The translations under genes and the position numbers were made by a program. Below the pieces are notes generated by a model. It made no database searches, had not been told where the DNA came from, and saw only the letters and a program-made list of their open reading frames with translations. 64,000 bases of DNA from Candidatus Danuiimicrobium aquiferis (lineage in GTDB: Bacteria; Omnitrophota; Omnitrophia; Omnitrophales; Danuiimicrobiaceae): the NCBI GenBank assembly GCA_001804285.1, contig MHFR01000048.1, forward strand, positions 43,622 to 107,621, read 5' to 3'. Shown here piece after piece: positions 18,740 through 27,650 of the stretch. Position 1 is the first letter of the stretch. Each line of letters opens with the position of its first letter.

Positions 18740-18949
18740 GTGAATATGAGCGCGACGAATTTAATAGCGGGAATTATCTTTGGGGGAATAGGATTTGTCG
18801 CTTTTATTTATGGAAAAAAGCAAGCCAGTTGGAAACCGCTTGCGATCGGCATCGCTTTAATGGCCTATCCTTATTTTGTTTCCAATACCATTGCGCTTTA
18901 CGCGATCGGAGGGCTTCTCACCCTTTCGTTATTCTTTTTTCATGATTAA
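18740..18949 (+). CDS. small two-TM membrane protein (69 aa), hypothetical
   Basis: Two hydrophobic helices (LIAGIIFGGIGFVAFIY; NTIALYAIGGLLTLSLFFF). Flanked on both sides by MITEs. GTG at 18740 or ATG at 18746. Confidence 0.35.
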   Translation: MNMSATNLIAGIIFGGIGFVAFIYGKKQASWKPLAIGIALMAYPYFVSNTIALYAIGGLLTLSLFFFHD

Positions 18950-19001
18950 ATTCTACTTGAAAAGAATGCCCGGCTCTGGGAAACTTAACCTTTCATTCTG
19001 T

Positions 19002-19156
19002 GTCTATTTAGCGTTTTGAAGTGGTGAACACGCCAGTTCGTGTCATGCCCGCATGCTTTAAGCGGGCATCCATAGTTGCTGGATTCCCGCTTTCGCGGGA
19101 ATGACAAAAAAGCGGACGACCTTTTATAGATAATCACTTCAAAGCGCTAAACAAAT
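19002..19156. mobile_element. composite MITE: TIRs TCTATTTAGCGTTTTGAAGTG ... CACTTCAAAGCGCTAAACAAATA with double-hairpin core (19042-19106)
   Basis: Core GTCATGCCCGCATGCTTTAAGCGGGCATCC...GGATTCCCGCTTTCGCGGGAATGACA. Confidence 0.7.
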
Positions 19157-19191
19157 ACTTCATTCTTAAATCGTCTCGGGAATAAGGATAT

Positions 19192-19785
19192 ATGGCAAAC
19201 AATAAACTGGTTTTAGATCTTGAAACGCAGAGGACGTTTGATGAAGTGGGGCGGGAAAACCTTCACAAGCTAAAGGTTTCGGTTGTCGGTGTGTATGATT
19301 ACGGGACGGATCGCTATCAAATTTATGGGGAATCCGAAATTCCCGAACTTGAAAAACGGATGCAGGCGGCGGAGCTGATCATCGGGTTTAATATTAAACG
19401 GTTTGACATGGTGGTGCTGCAACCGTATCTTTTTGCATCGGCTGAGCGATTTCCGGTGCTGGATTTAATGGAAGAAATCGAAAAAGTTCGCGGACATCGC
19501 GTGAGCCTGCAAAGCGTTGCGCAAGCGACACTTGGAGTAGGGAAAAGCGGGCATGGAATGGATGCGGTTCATTATTGGCGCGAAGGGAAAATGGAAGAAT
19601 TAAAGAAATATTGCTTAGATGATGTTAAGATTACAAAGGAAGTATACGAATACGGTTGTGCAAATCAGCGGATTTATTTTGTGTCAAACCGGGACTGGAA
19701 AAAATATGAAGTTCCGATTGCCTGGGGATCGGTTCCTGAGCCGGTAAAAGAAATAAAATCAGATTTCCCGAGCAGTTTATTTTAA
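19192..19785 (+). CDS. RNase H-like / DnaQ-like 3'-5' exonuclease domain protein
   Basis: N-terminal acidic motif LVLDLETQ. Later IGFNIKRFD and YCLDDVKITKEVYEY (Y..D motif), consistent with a DEDDy-type exonuclease fold. Weakly supported. Confidence 0.45.
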   Translation: MANNKLVLDLETQRTFDEVGRENLHKLKVSVVGVYDYGTDRYQIYGESEIPELEKRMQAAELIIGFNIKRFDMVVLQPYLFASAERFPVLDLMEEIEKVRGHRVSLQSVAQATLGVGKSGHGMDAVHYWREGKMEELKKYCLDDVKITKEVYEYGCANQRIYFVSNRDWKKYEVPIAWGSVPEPVKEIKSDFPSSLF

Positions 19786-19802
19786 TGGAAAACATGAACC
19801 AG

Positions 19803-19917
19803 CTATTTAGCGTTCTGAAGTTAGCTATTGTCCCTCACCCTAACCCTCTCCCTAAGGGAGAGGGAAAATTCAAAGCGGGGGGTGAGGGGGATTAGTTAAC
19901 CGCTTCAAAACGCTACA
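19803..19917. mobile_element. MITE, TIR framework with palindromic core (interrupted)
   Basis: TATTTAGCGTTCTGAAGTTAGC...CCCTCACCCTAACCCTCTCCCTAAGGGAGAGGG...GGGGTGAGGGGGATTAGTTAACCGCTTCAAAACGCTA. Confidence 0.7.
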
Positions 19918-19945
19918 TGAACTGTTCCCAACTCTATAAAAAAAT

Positions 19946-20320
19946 ATGCATAAACCGATTTGTTTAATCTATTTGAATGAACTGGAATTTAAAGCAAACC
20001 TTAAAACTTGGGCGGAAGAGTTCGGGATCGAATGTTATTTCGTGATGCAAGGAGAGCAGCTTTATCAGCTCGTCAAAAATTGGGCGCCGTTCATGATTTT
20101 AGTTGATTTAACAGCGGCGGACACAGAGTGGCTTTATAAACACATTGCGATGATTCAATTATTCAAGCCCGGATTCCCGATGCTTGCGATTGTGCCCGAA
20201 CACCAAGAGCGTCCCCGTCAGCGGGCGGAAGGTTACGGCTGTAAATTTGTTTTAACGAGAGCGGAATTTGTAAAGAAGGCTCCGAAATTGATTGAGAAAA
20301 TTTTAAATAAACAGATGTAG
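19946..20320 (+). CDS. hypothetical protein, possibly degenerate CheY-like receiver fold
   Basis: Alpha/beta pattern with MILVDL...; no clear conserved Asp pair. Weak. Confidence 0.35.
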   Translation: MHKPICLIYLNELEFKANLKTWAEEFGIECYFVMQGEQLYQLVKNWAPFMILVDLTAADTEWLYKHIAMIQLFKPGFPMLAIVPEHQERPRQRAEGYGCKFVLTRAEFVKKAPKLIEKILNKQM

Positions 20321-20327
20321 AAATATT

Positions 20328-20437
20328 GTCATTGCGAGGAGGCCTTGGGCCGACTTGCCCGCCACATATCATGGCGGGCGGGCAATCTCTGAACACAGAT
20401 TGCTTCTCTGCCACAGTTCTTGGCGGATCGCAATGAC
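20328..20437. repeat. MITE (GTCATTGCGAGG...GATCGCAATGAC)
   Basis: Inverted termini. Internal GGCGGGCGGGCAA hairpin. Related to 10263-10382. Confidence 0.6.
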
Positions 20438-20453
20438 GGAGATGGTGAAATCG

Positions 20454-21629
20454 ATGAAATTGCCGATTTATTTAGATTATCAAGCGACAACGCCGATGGA
20501 TCCGAGGGTTCTGGAAGCGATGCTCCCTTATTACAAGGAATATTTCGGAAACGCCGCCAGCCGTCACCATCCTTTTGGTTTAAAAGCGAAACAGGCGGTT
20601 GAAGATGCGCGCGCAAAAATTGCTTCTTTCATCAATGCCGAAGATCCGGAGGAAATTATTTTTACAAGCGGCGCGACGGAATCAAATAATTTTGCGATTC
20701 GTGGCATTGCTGAGATGTATCGCGAAAAAGGAAATCACATGATTACGGTTGCGACCGAACATAAATCCGTTCTTTCGGTTTGTCAACATTTGGAAGAAAA
20801 AGGTTTCAAAGTGACTTATCTTCCGGTCGATCGCGAAGGATTGATAAACCTTTGCGAATTAAAAACGGCCATCACCGGAAACACCATTTTGATTTCTGTG
20901 ATGCACGCCAACAATGAAATCGGTGTGATTCAGCCGATTGCGGAGATCGGAGAAATGGCGAAAGCGGCCGGCATATTTTTTCACTGCGATGCGGTTCAAA
21001 GTGCCGGAAAAATCCCCTTTGATGTTCGGGCAGCAGGCATTCATCTTGCGAGTATTTCGGCGCATAAAATGTATGGGCCGAAAGGAATCGGTGCGCTGTA
21101 TGTGCGAAAACAAAATCCGCGCGTCCGGCTTGCGCCGCTCGTTTACGGCGGCGGGCAGGAAATGAATTTGCGCGGCGGGACATTAAATGTTCCGGCCATC
21201 GTAGGTTTCGGTGAAGCGGTTCGGATTGCGAAAACGGAAATGGCTGAAGAAGCAAAACGGGTTCTTGGTTTGCGAACCGAACTTCATTCGATGATTTGCA
21301 AAGGGCTCGATTGTGTTGATCTTCACGGAAGCCTTGAGAAAAGGCTCCCCGGCAATCTCAATGTGAGTTTTGAATTTATTGAAGGAGAATTATTATTTAA
21401 GTTGATTAACCAGGAACTTGCCGTGTCTTCCGGGTCCGCATGTTCTTCGACAAGCCTTGAGCCGTCTTATGTCTTGAAGGCATTGGGCGTGCGCGAAAGT
21501 TTGATTCATACATCCGTCCGCTTTAGTCTGGGCCGCTTTACGACTTCAGAAGAAATTGATTACGCGGCGAATAAAATTGTAAGTGTGGTGCAAGAGTTGC
21601 GGGAGAAATCGCCGTTTTATAAGAAATGA
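20454..21629 (+). CDS. iscS: cysteine desulfurase (IscS/NifS family)
   Basis: MKLPIYLDYQATTP start. PLP-lysine motif SAHKMYGPKGIGALY. Active-site loop SSGSACSS. Start chosen downstream of the MITE at 20328-20437. Confidence 0.85.
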   Translation: MKLPIYLDYQATTPMDPRVLEAMLPYYKEYFGNAASRHHPFGLKAKQAVEDARAKIASFINAEDPEEIIFTSGATESNNFAIRGIAEMYREKGNHMITVATEHKSVLSVCQHLEEKGFKVTYLPVDREGLINLCELKTAITGNTILISVMHANNEIGVIQPIAEIGEMAKAAGIFFHCDAVQSAGKIPFDVRAAGIHLASISAHKMYGPKGIGALYVRKQNPRVRLAPLVYGGGQEMNLRGGTLNVPAIVGFGEAVRIAKTEMAEEAKRVLGLRTELHSMICKGLDCVDLHGSLEKRLPGNLNVSFEFIEGELLFKLINQELAVSSGSACSSTSLEPSYVLKALGVRESLIHTSVRFSLGRFTTSEEIDYAANKIVSVVQELREKSPFYKK

Positions 21630-21639
21630 TTAAAAAAAA

Positions 21640-21750
21640 TGACCAATGGCCAAGCACGCAATGACCAAGAAAGTTTCCAATGTTTCAAATCCACATTGGA
21701 ATTTAATTTTTTAGGATTTATTTGCGGCATTGGTGTTTGGCCATTGAGAC
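21640..21750. repeat. MITE-like repeat (family F; TTGGAATTTAATTTTTTMGGATTTATTTG core)
   Basis: Shares ~50 bp with 49601-49709. Inverted ends TGACCAATGGCCAAGC / GTTTGGCCATTGAGAC. Confidence 0.5.
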
Positions 21751-21771
21751 TTTTGAACTGGAGGAACTAAC

Positions 21772-22095
21772 GTGATCCAAATAACACCCAGTGCAGTCAC
21801 AGAAATTAAAAAGCTGCTTGCTGAACAAAATCAGCCGAACATGGGTCTTAGAGTCGCTGTTTTTTCAGGCGGTTGTTCCGGCATGTCGTATCGGTTGGTG
21901 TTTGATGAAAAACAGGAGCATGATCAAATCCAGGATTTTGACGGCTTGAAGGTGTTTATTGATGAGCAGTCGAACACTTTGCTCGAAGGAACTTCAATTG
22001 ACTTTGTCGATAGCGCGGAAGAACGGGGGTTCAAGTTTTCAAATCCCAATATTCCGAAAGAGCCCGATTGCGGCGGCTGTCGCGGATGTCATTAA
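21772..22095 (+). CDS. HesB/IscA-family iron-sulfur cluster insertion protein
   Basis: GGCSGMSY motif and C-terminal CGGCRGCH cysteines. GTG start with GGAGGA RBS 7 nt upstream. Confidence 0.6.
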   Translation: MIQITPSAVTEIKKLLAEQNQPNMGLRVAVFSGGCSGMSYRLVFDEKQEHDQIQDFDGLKVFIDEQSNTLLEGTSIDFVDSAEERGFKFSNPNIPKEPDCGGCRGCH

Positions 22096-22234
22096 ATTAA
22101 TTGAGCCCTTGGAAGTTCTTTAATCTTGACCAAGGGCTCATCCCAGAAGCCAGCAAAGCTGGCGACGCGGGAACTCCTTAATTTTATAAAGGGGAAAGGG
22201 GTGAGAACACCCCGACCCCTCATTTAATTCAATC

Positions 22235-22684
22235 ATGCAAATGATTCGCATCAGGTTCAAATCCAAGTTAGCGGCGTTTGCCGTTTTTTGTTTTCTCGTC
22301 TACGGGCTTTACTATTATCTCTGGGGCCGTTATACATTTTTGGTGACGGCCTACTGTAATTGTCCTATTTGTATTAATGTTCCCGAGTTTTACGACGGAA
22401 AATTTGCAAGCGGGAAAAAAATTTATTGGGGCGGAATCGCCGCTGACAAAAAATATAAATTCGGGACCCAAATGGAATTAGTCCCGTTTTTTCCGCAGGA
22501 TTCACTTGCGATTTTCTCTATTCTTCGGGGGCGTCGGAACTTTATTGTCGAAGACTGCGGCGGAAAAATCCGGAACCGGCATATAGACCTTTTTATCCCA
22601 GACAAATTCGGCGGCCATCAGGAGGCGAAAGAGTGGGGTGCCCGCTGGATGCGCGTCAAGGTCAACGGAAAGTGGGCGGAGTGA
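22235..22684 (+). CDS. 3D-domain (MltA/RlpA-like) protein with N-terminal membrane anchor
   Basis: VTAYCNCPIC...GGIAAD...FIVEDCGGKIRNRHIDLF matches the 3D domain signature (three conserved Asp). Confidence 0.55.
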   Translation: MQMIRIRFKSKLAAFAVFCFLVYGLYYYLWGRYTFLVTAYCNCPICINVPEFYDGKFASGKKIYWGGIAADKKYKFGTQMELVPFFPQDSLAIFSILRGRRNFIVEDCGGKIRNRHIDLFIPDKFGGHQEAKEWGARWMRVKVNGKWAE

Positions 22685-22785
22685 CGTTAGGGAATCTTGT
22701 AGCGATTCCGGATAAGAACCGAAAGAGGTAAAAGCCGTCAAATTTCATGCGAAAGGGTGCATACCACTTCATCCAGTACTTTTAT

Positions 22786-22853
22786 GTCATCCCGAGAGAA
22801 GTCGAGGGGTCAAGATCCCTCGGCTCATTCACTTGTCACACCCGCTCGGAATG
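22786..22853. repeat. MITE variant (GTCATCCCGAGAGAAGTCGAGGGG...CTCGGAATGAC)
   Basis: Inverted termini. Internal GAGGGGTCAAGATCCCTC hairpin. Confidence 0.55.
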
Positions 22854-22965
22854 ACTGGATGAAATAATAATTGTCGCGTAAAATTATTGTTTCTTTTTGG
22901 TTCCTTTATGAGGTAAGATAATTTTCAGCGGGACGCGAAATTGCGCGCCGCGAAAGGAAAAGAGA

Positions 22966-23301
22966 ATGAAAACAAGCCTCAAAACAAAAGAAAAAACCGC
23001 ATTAGCCGAGTTTGTTTCCAAGGTCAAGCGATCGTTGGGCAAAGATTTAGTCAGCCTTCATTTATTTGGATCAAAAGCGCGGAGCGCGTCTCAAAAAGGT
23101 TCTGATGTGGACGTGTTGGTGGTTGTTTCTCGTTTTTCGGCTGATATTAAGAATGCCGTTATTGACATTGCATTTGACGTCAATTTGAAATTTGACGTTT
23201 ACATATCTCCCCGTGTCGTTCCCGCACGCATTTTTTCAGCTCGGGTATGGCGGATCACTCCTTTCGTTCAAAATATCCGGCGTGAAAGCATTCCTTTATG
23301 A
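22966..23301 (+). CDS. nucleotidyltransferase-domain protein (MNT-type antitoxin-like)
   Basis: hG[GS]x9-13Dh[DE]h motif: LHLFGSKARSASQKGSDVDVLVV. Confidence 0.7.
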   Translation: MKTSLKTKEKTALAEFVSKVKRSLGKDLVSLHLFGSKARSASQKGSDVDVLVVVSRFSADIKNAVIDIAFDVNLKFDVYISPRVVPARIFSARVWRITPFVQNIRRESIPL

Positions 23302-23696
23302 CAGACGAAGTTTGTTCTTTGATTCAATTCCGGTTTAAGCGGGCAAGAACGGCTTTTCGGGATGGTGTATCTCTCATGCGGCGGAAATCTTTTGAAAGCG
23401 CAGTGAACCGTTTTTATTACGGCGCTTTTTATGCTGCGCGGGCGCTTCTTGCGACGAAGGGATTGGATGCTTCCAAACATAGCGGTGTTATTTCTTTGTT
23501 CCATCAACATTTTGTCAAAAGCGGTTTGTTTGACAAAGAAATTGCGCGCGCTCTTTCCAGAAGTTTTGAACGCCGGATCGATAGCGATTACGGAGATTTC
23601 TTGGTTGTCAACGGTTCCGAGGCGCTTCAAGTTCAGAAAGAAGTGGAGCAGTTCATTTCAGCATGCAGAAGTTTTTATAGGCAACAAGCAAAGTAA
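23298..23696 (+). CDS. HEPN-domain protein (toxin-like partner of MNT)
   Basis: 4-bp overlap with upstream MNT gene. HEPN-like helical sequence with R(x)4-6H-like region (FERRIDSDYGDF). Confidence 0.65.
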   Translation: MTDEVCSLIQFRFKRARTAFRDGVSLMRRKSFESAVNRFYYGAFYAARALLATKGLDASKHSGVISLFHQHFVKSGLFDKEIARALSRSFERRIDSDYGDFLVVNGSEALQVQKEVEQFISACRSFYRQQAK

Positions 23697-24059
23697 CAAA
23701 GAATAAAACCCCTCATTTTTGATCGCGTTTTTCCTTTTCAAACAGATCATCTACTCCTTCTACGGTCAATCGATCGAGTTCTTTTTTAATATTCCATTTG
23801 TCATTCGTCATTTCCCGCCGTAGATATGTCGGCGCGCGCCTCTGCGAAGCGTTTATTCTGCTACAGCGGAGCGGGGGATCCGCCCCGTTGTTTGACGGAG
23901 GCCTTTGACATTTCTTTCTCCTTATTTCGCTTTTTAAACTCCGGAAATAAGCTGAATTATTTTCGCCTCTGGTTTGCAAACCATATGAGGGGGGGGTAGA
24001 CTTCAGGCAGTGATGTTAATTATTCTGAAAAAAATTCCATTTCCGGGGAGGAACTAAAA

Positions 24060-26288
24060 ATGAAAGCATTTTCTTTTGGGGTAAAATTTTTTGTTTTAGT
24101 CGTGTTATTAAATTTTTTTTCTCCATTTCTAATTTTGGCGGAAGATCCGCTGCCCGCGCCGCAGCTTCTTCCGGGTTGGCCGATCTCGACCGGTGAAGAA
24201 GTTCGGCAGACCCCTACGCTGGCCGATTTGGATGGAGATGGCCAAGTGGATATTGTAGCGGCATCTTTTGACGGAAAAGTTTATGTATGGAATATGGCAG
24301 GGCAAGCTCTCCCGGGGTGGCCGAAAGACCGCGGCTCCCAAAACCCTCCTTCTTTCATCAATTGGGGTTCTTCTCCGGCAGTGGTTGATATGGATGGAGA
24401 CGGCAGTTTGGAAGTTGTGGTTGGCAGTTATGAAGGTAAAGTATATGCATGGAAAAAAGACGGGTCAGACGTTTCGGGATGGCCAAAAGACACAGGCGAA
24501 GAAATTGTTGCGTCACCTGCTGTTGGCGATATTGATCCGAATTATCCAGGCCTCGAAACGGTTATCGCTACGAGTGCGGGGGCATATCCAAACTTTACAG
24601 CCAAAATTTATGTTTGGCATGCAGATGGAACAGAGGTAACCGGCTTCCCCAAGGTATACGAAAATATGTGGGGAGAATCGACGCCTGCCATCGCGGACTT
24701 GGATCCAAATTATTTTGGTTTTGAGATTATCCTGCCCCTATCGGATGCTCAAACCGGAGGCTCACAAGTGCATGTTTTACATCAAGATGGTACAGAGATG
24801 ACGGGTTGGCCAATCGGAATTAGCTATTCCGAACGGACTCCGGTCGTTGCGGATTTTGATGGGGATGGTGATTTAGAAGTCATTACTGGCGCAGGCTCGA
24901 CCGGCGGACAAATCTATGCATGGCACCACGATGGATCTGTTCTGAATGGCTGGCCCAAGCAGATGCCAAAGGCAGTTGTAGCTTCTCTATCAGCAGGTGA
25001 TATTGACCCTTTGTTTCCGGGGCAGGAAATCGTTGCTGGTTTGATGGCCAAAAATATTTACAACTTAGACGGTACGATAAAGACGATAGTTCCAAACATA
25101 TATGTATATCATTGCGATGGGACCATCGTTTCGGGTTGGCCCCAAGCCACGGGAAAATATATATATTCATCGCCAGCAGTTGGCGATATTGACGGTGACG
25201 GGAATTTGGACATTTTGTTTGGTTCAGATGATAAAAATCTTTATGCGTTTCATGGGGATGGAACGGCAGTCCAAGGATTTCCACTTCAAACTCAAGGACT
25301 GATCCATGCAAGCCCTGTGATTGCCGATTTGAATCACGACGGCAAGCTGGAAATTGTAACTGGTTCACGAGATAAAAATATTTACGCATGGACCATGCCG
25401 TTTCAATCTCTTCTTGATGAAAGTCCGTGGCCGACGTTTCACCATGATGCACAGCGAACGGGCCTTTATACGCCAACGAATCACAAACCTGAAATTACAA
25501 TCACGCCTGCTTCTGTATCAGGATCTGAAGGTGAAGAAATTACATTTCAAGTTTCGGCAACGGATCCTGATGGTGATCAGGTTAACATTTCTTTGGACGA
25601 GAACACGAAACCGAAAGGCGCATCTTTTGAAGCTGATCCTCAAAATCCGGGGAATTATCAATTTTCCTGGACACCGATTTATCATCAGGCCGGAACGTAT
25701 TCGGTCAAAATTACAGCTTCAGACGGAAAAGACACAGCGGTTAAAGATGTTTTCATTACCGTTGAGCCCGGGCCGGTGCCGCAACTTTTAAAGGCGAGCT
25801 CTGGAAAAACACATGGAACTGCCGGAAAATTTTACATTGATAGCAATACAGGGCCGTCGGAACTTGTGTTAACCGAACCTCGGCTAGGCGGTCCGACAGA
25901 AGTCATTCTCACGTTTGATAAAGCTATTGACCCTGATACGGTTAGAGTGGAGCTTTCGAGCGGTAGCGTAACTTCCAAGACGGCCATTGACGCTGGATTA
26001 ATTCTCGGGATGAAAGATGTGGCGAATAATCAATGTCTCAATATTAATATCAGAGATTTTGCAGGGAATTTAATCGGCCATGCAAAAATTAAAGCGCTTC
26101 TCGGCGACGTGAACGGTGACGGCCGCGTCAACAATTTCGATATCCTCGCTCTGCGAGCAAAGTTGAATGCTGTCGTAACGGAGGGAACCTTCAAATATGA
26201 TATCAATCCCACTGGAAGGATTGACAATTTCGATGTCCTTTTAATGCGGGGGAATATTGATTCCGATGCAAATTTGCAGAATTGTTAG
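24060..26288 (+). CDS. secreted FG-GAP/VCBS beta-propeller repeat protein with Ig-like domain and C-terminal dockerin-like repeats
   Basis: Signal peptide. At least 8 repeats of DxDGDGxxDIvxxsxDGKVYAWxxDGSxxxGWP. Cadherin/Ig-like segment (PEITITPASVSGSEGEEITFQVSATDPDGD). Two dockerin-type Ca-binding loops (DVNGDGRVNNFDIL; DINPTGRIDNFDVL). Confidence 0.7.
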   Translation: MKAFSFGVKFFVLVVLLNFFSPFLILAEDPLPAPQLLPGWPISTGEEVRQTPTLADLDGDGQVDIVAASFDGKVYVWNMAGQALPGWPKDRGSQNPPSFINWGSSPAVVDMDGDGSLEVVVGSYEGKVYAWKKDGSDVSGWPKDTGEEIVASPAVGDIDPNYPGLETVIATSAGAYPNFTAKIYVWHADGTEVTGFPKVYENMWGESTPAIADLDPNYFGFEIILPLSDAQTGGSQVHVLHQDGTEMTGWPIGISYSERTPVVADFDGDGDLEVITGAGSTGGQIYAWHHDGSVLNGWPKQMPKAVVASLSAGDIDPLFPGQEIVAGLMAKNIYNLDGTIKTIVPNIYVYHCDGTIVSGWPQATGKYIYSSPAVGDIDGDGNLDILFGSDDKNLYAFHGDGTAVQGFPLQTQGLIHASPVIADLNHDGKLEIVTGSRDKNIYAWTMPFQSLLDESPWPTFHHDAQRTGLYTPTNHKPEITITPASVSGSEGEEITFQVSATDPDGDQVNISLDENTKPKGASFEADPQNPGNYQFSWTPIYHQAGTYSVKITASDGKDTAVKDVFITVEPGPVPQLLKASSGKTHGTAGKFYIDSNTGPSELVLTEPRLGGPTEVILTFDKAIDPDTVRVELSSGSVTSKTAIDAGLILGMKDVANNQCLNINIRDFAGNLIGHAKIKALLGDVNGDGRVNNFDILALRAKLNAVVTEGTFKYDINPTGRIDNFDVLLMRGNIDSDANLQNC

Positions 26289-26323
26289 CAATTGAAAAGA
26301 GACAAGGGAAAAGAGCTCTAGTA

Positions 26324-26345
26324 GGGAACAGGCATGCCTGTCCCC
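26324..26345. terminator. bidirectional terminator-like hairpin between convergent genes (GGGAACAGGCATGCCTGTCCCC; repeat family D)
   Basis: Perfect 11-bp palindrome stem between the 24060..26288(+) and 26345..27202(-) genes. Confidence 0.55.
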
Positions 26346-27202
26346 TACAGGACAAATTTTATTAATTCCTGGACTGATTGGCATACATAGTCCGCGCCGG
26401 CGGATTTTAAATTTGTTTCCATTTCTTTTAGCGAAGTTGAGGCAATCAGAAATCCGCACGATTTAATGTTTATTTGTTTCTTAGCTGCTTCGGCTGCCAG
26501 AATATCGTCCGGTAAATCGCCGACATAAAGATAACGTAAATTTTTCCCGAAAATTTTTGCAACCCTCAGCAATCCAAAGGGATCCGGTTTTTTCCGGCCC
26601 GGCGGTGTCTCATCTGTAGTCGTCATCGCATCGATGAATGAATCAATTTGAAACCTTCGAAGCGCGAAATTGGCTTCCTCCCGGTTCCGGCCTGTGACAA
26701 TTCCGATTTTAAGGCCTTTTTGCTTCATTTTCCTGAAGTAAATTTTGGGAATCAGCAGTTTTTCGTTCCACACGTATTCGTTTAAATAATAATGTTGGAA
26801 GATTTTTGAAATTTGGGGGAGGAGGGGCAATTCATGAATTGCCCTTACGGTTTTTGTGAGCATCGTTTCAATTCCTTTTACGCCGAGCGGCCGATCCCTC
26901 ACCGAATTTACAAATTCGGAAATATTCTTTTCCTTAATCAATTCGCGAACCGCATGCCTTGCCGGTTTTAGCGACAACGCATAAAGCAGAAGTCCGTAGC
27001 AGGTGTCCCAATCGTCGTTGAAGCCACCAAGCGACTTAAATTGTTCGACGTCAAGCCGCGTGAATAAGGGTTTGCGCGACGGTGAGAAGCGAAGGACTGT
27101 TTTAAGATATTCATCCACGGTTTTCCGGATGCAGTCGGTGTAAGACGCGCGTGTATCGACGAGGACATTGTCGATATCAAAAATAATAGCGTTGTAAGGC
27201 AT
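26345..27202 (-). CDS. HAD-like hydrolase with large cap domain
   Basis: Motif I AIIFDIDNVLVD. Motif III IGIVTGRNREE. Motif IV YVGDLPDDILAA. Start set at MPYNAIIF (27202). Upstream track extension overlaps a palindromic repeat (27246-27320). Confidence 0.65.
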   Translation of the reverse strand: MPYNAIIFDIDNVLVDTRASYTDCIRKTVDEYLKTVLRFSPSRKPLFTRLDVEQFKSLGGFNDDWDTCYGLLLYALSLKPARHAVRELIKEKNISEFVNSVRDRPLGVKGIETMLTKTVRAIHELPLLPQISKIFQHYYLNEYVWNEKLLIPKIYFRKMKQKGLKIGIVTGRNREEANFALRRFQIDSFIDAMTTTDETPPGRKKPDPFGLLRVAKIFGKNLRYLYVGDLPDDILAAEAAKKQINIKSCGFLIASTSLKEMETNLKSAGADYVCQSVQELIKFVL

Positions 27203-27245
27203 AGATTTTAGCACTTTGTTCAACAAATTCGTACCGACTTCCATT

Positions 27246-27320
27246 CCCCTCACCCTAACCCTCTCCCGCGGGGAGCGGGCAGGAGTGAGGGGGATCTGTT
27301 GATCACTTCAAAATCAGAAA
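27246..27320. repeat. half MITE (palindromic core + right TIR CACTTCAAAATCAG)
   Basis: CCCTCACCCTAACCCTCTCCCGCGGGGAGCGGGCAGGAGTGAGGGGGATCTGTTGATCACTTCAAAA. Confidence 0.6.
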
Positions 27321-27433
27321 TGATTACATTCATATTTCGACTGATAAAACAGAAACTTAACTTTTTAACCGCTTAGATCTCGCAAACTATTTAATTGCAA
27401 CAAGTTAGAGTAATTAAAAAGTTTAACTTAGCC

Positions 27434-27462
27434 TTGTATTCTTATTATCTGTCGGGTATAAT
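27434..27462 (+). promoter_or_regulatory. candidate sigma-70-like promoter for the giant gene (TTGTAT-N17-TATAAT)
   Basis: Seen in an AT-rich region ~190 nt upstream of ATG 27654. Only meaningful if the host uses canonical -35/-10 promoters. Confidence 0.3.
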
Positions 27463-27611
27463 TAAACATCCTACCGATAAGGAGTACAGAGTTCATTAAA
27501 TTATAGAGTTTTCGAGCCAAGGGGAAAACATTCCCGTTTCATATTTAAAGTTTTGAAAGTAGTTTAGCAAAAAATTTATCAGTTTTTTAGGAGGTAAATA
27601 ACCGCCGATCT

Positions 27612-27650
27612 ATGTTTATTTCTTTTGGAAACATGGCGGTTAAACGGTAA
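27612..27650 (+). other. 12-codon uORF (MFISFGNMAVKR) ending 3 nt before the giant-gene ATG
   Basis: ATG 27612 and TAA 27648-27650, same phase as the giant ORF. Its stop overlaps the only SD-like purine tract (TAAAGG) of the giant gene. Confidence 0.3.

Noticed and set aside
20355-20453. N-terminal extension of IscS in the track ORF
   Set aside because: This stretch is the GTCATTGCGAGG...GATCGCAATGAC MITE. The conserved IscS N-terminus MKLPIYLDY starts at 20454.
23713-23979. 88-aa ORF on minus strand between HEPN gene and FG-GAP gene
   Set aside because: No RBS or domain signal, and arginine-rich low-complexity translation. A real ~30-aa C-terminal peptide cannot be excluded, but support is insufficient.
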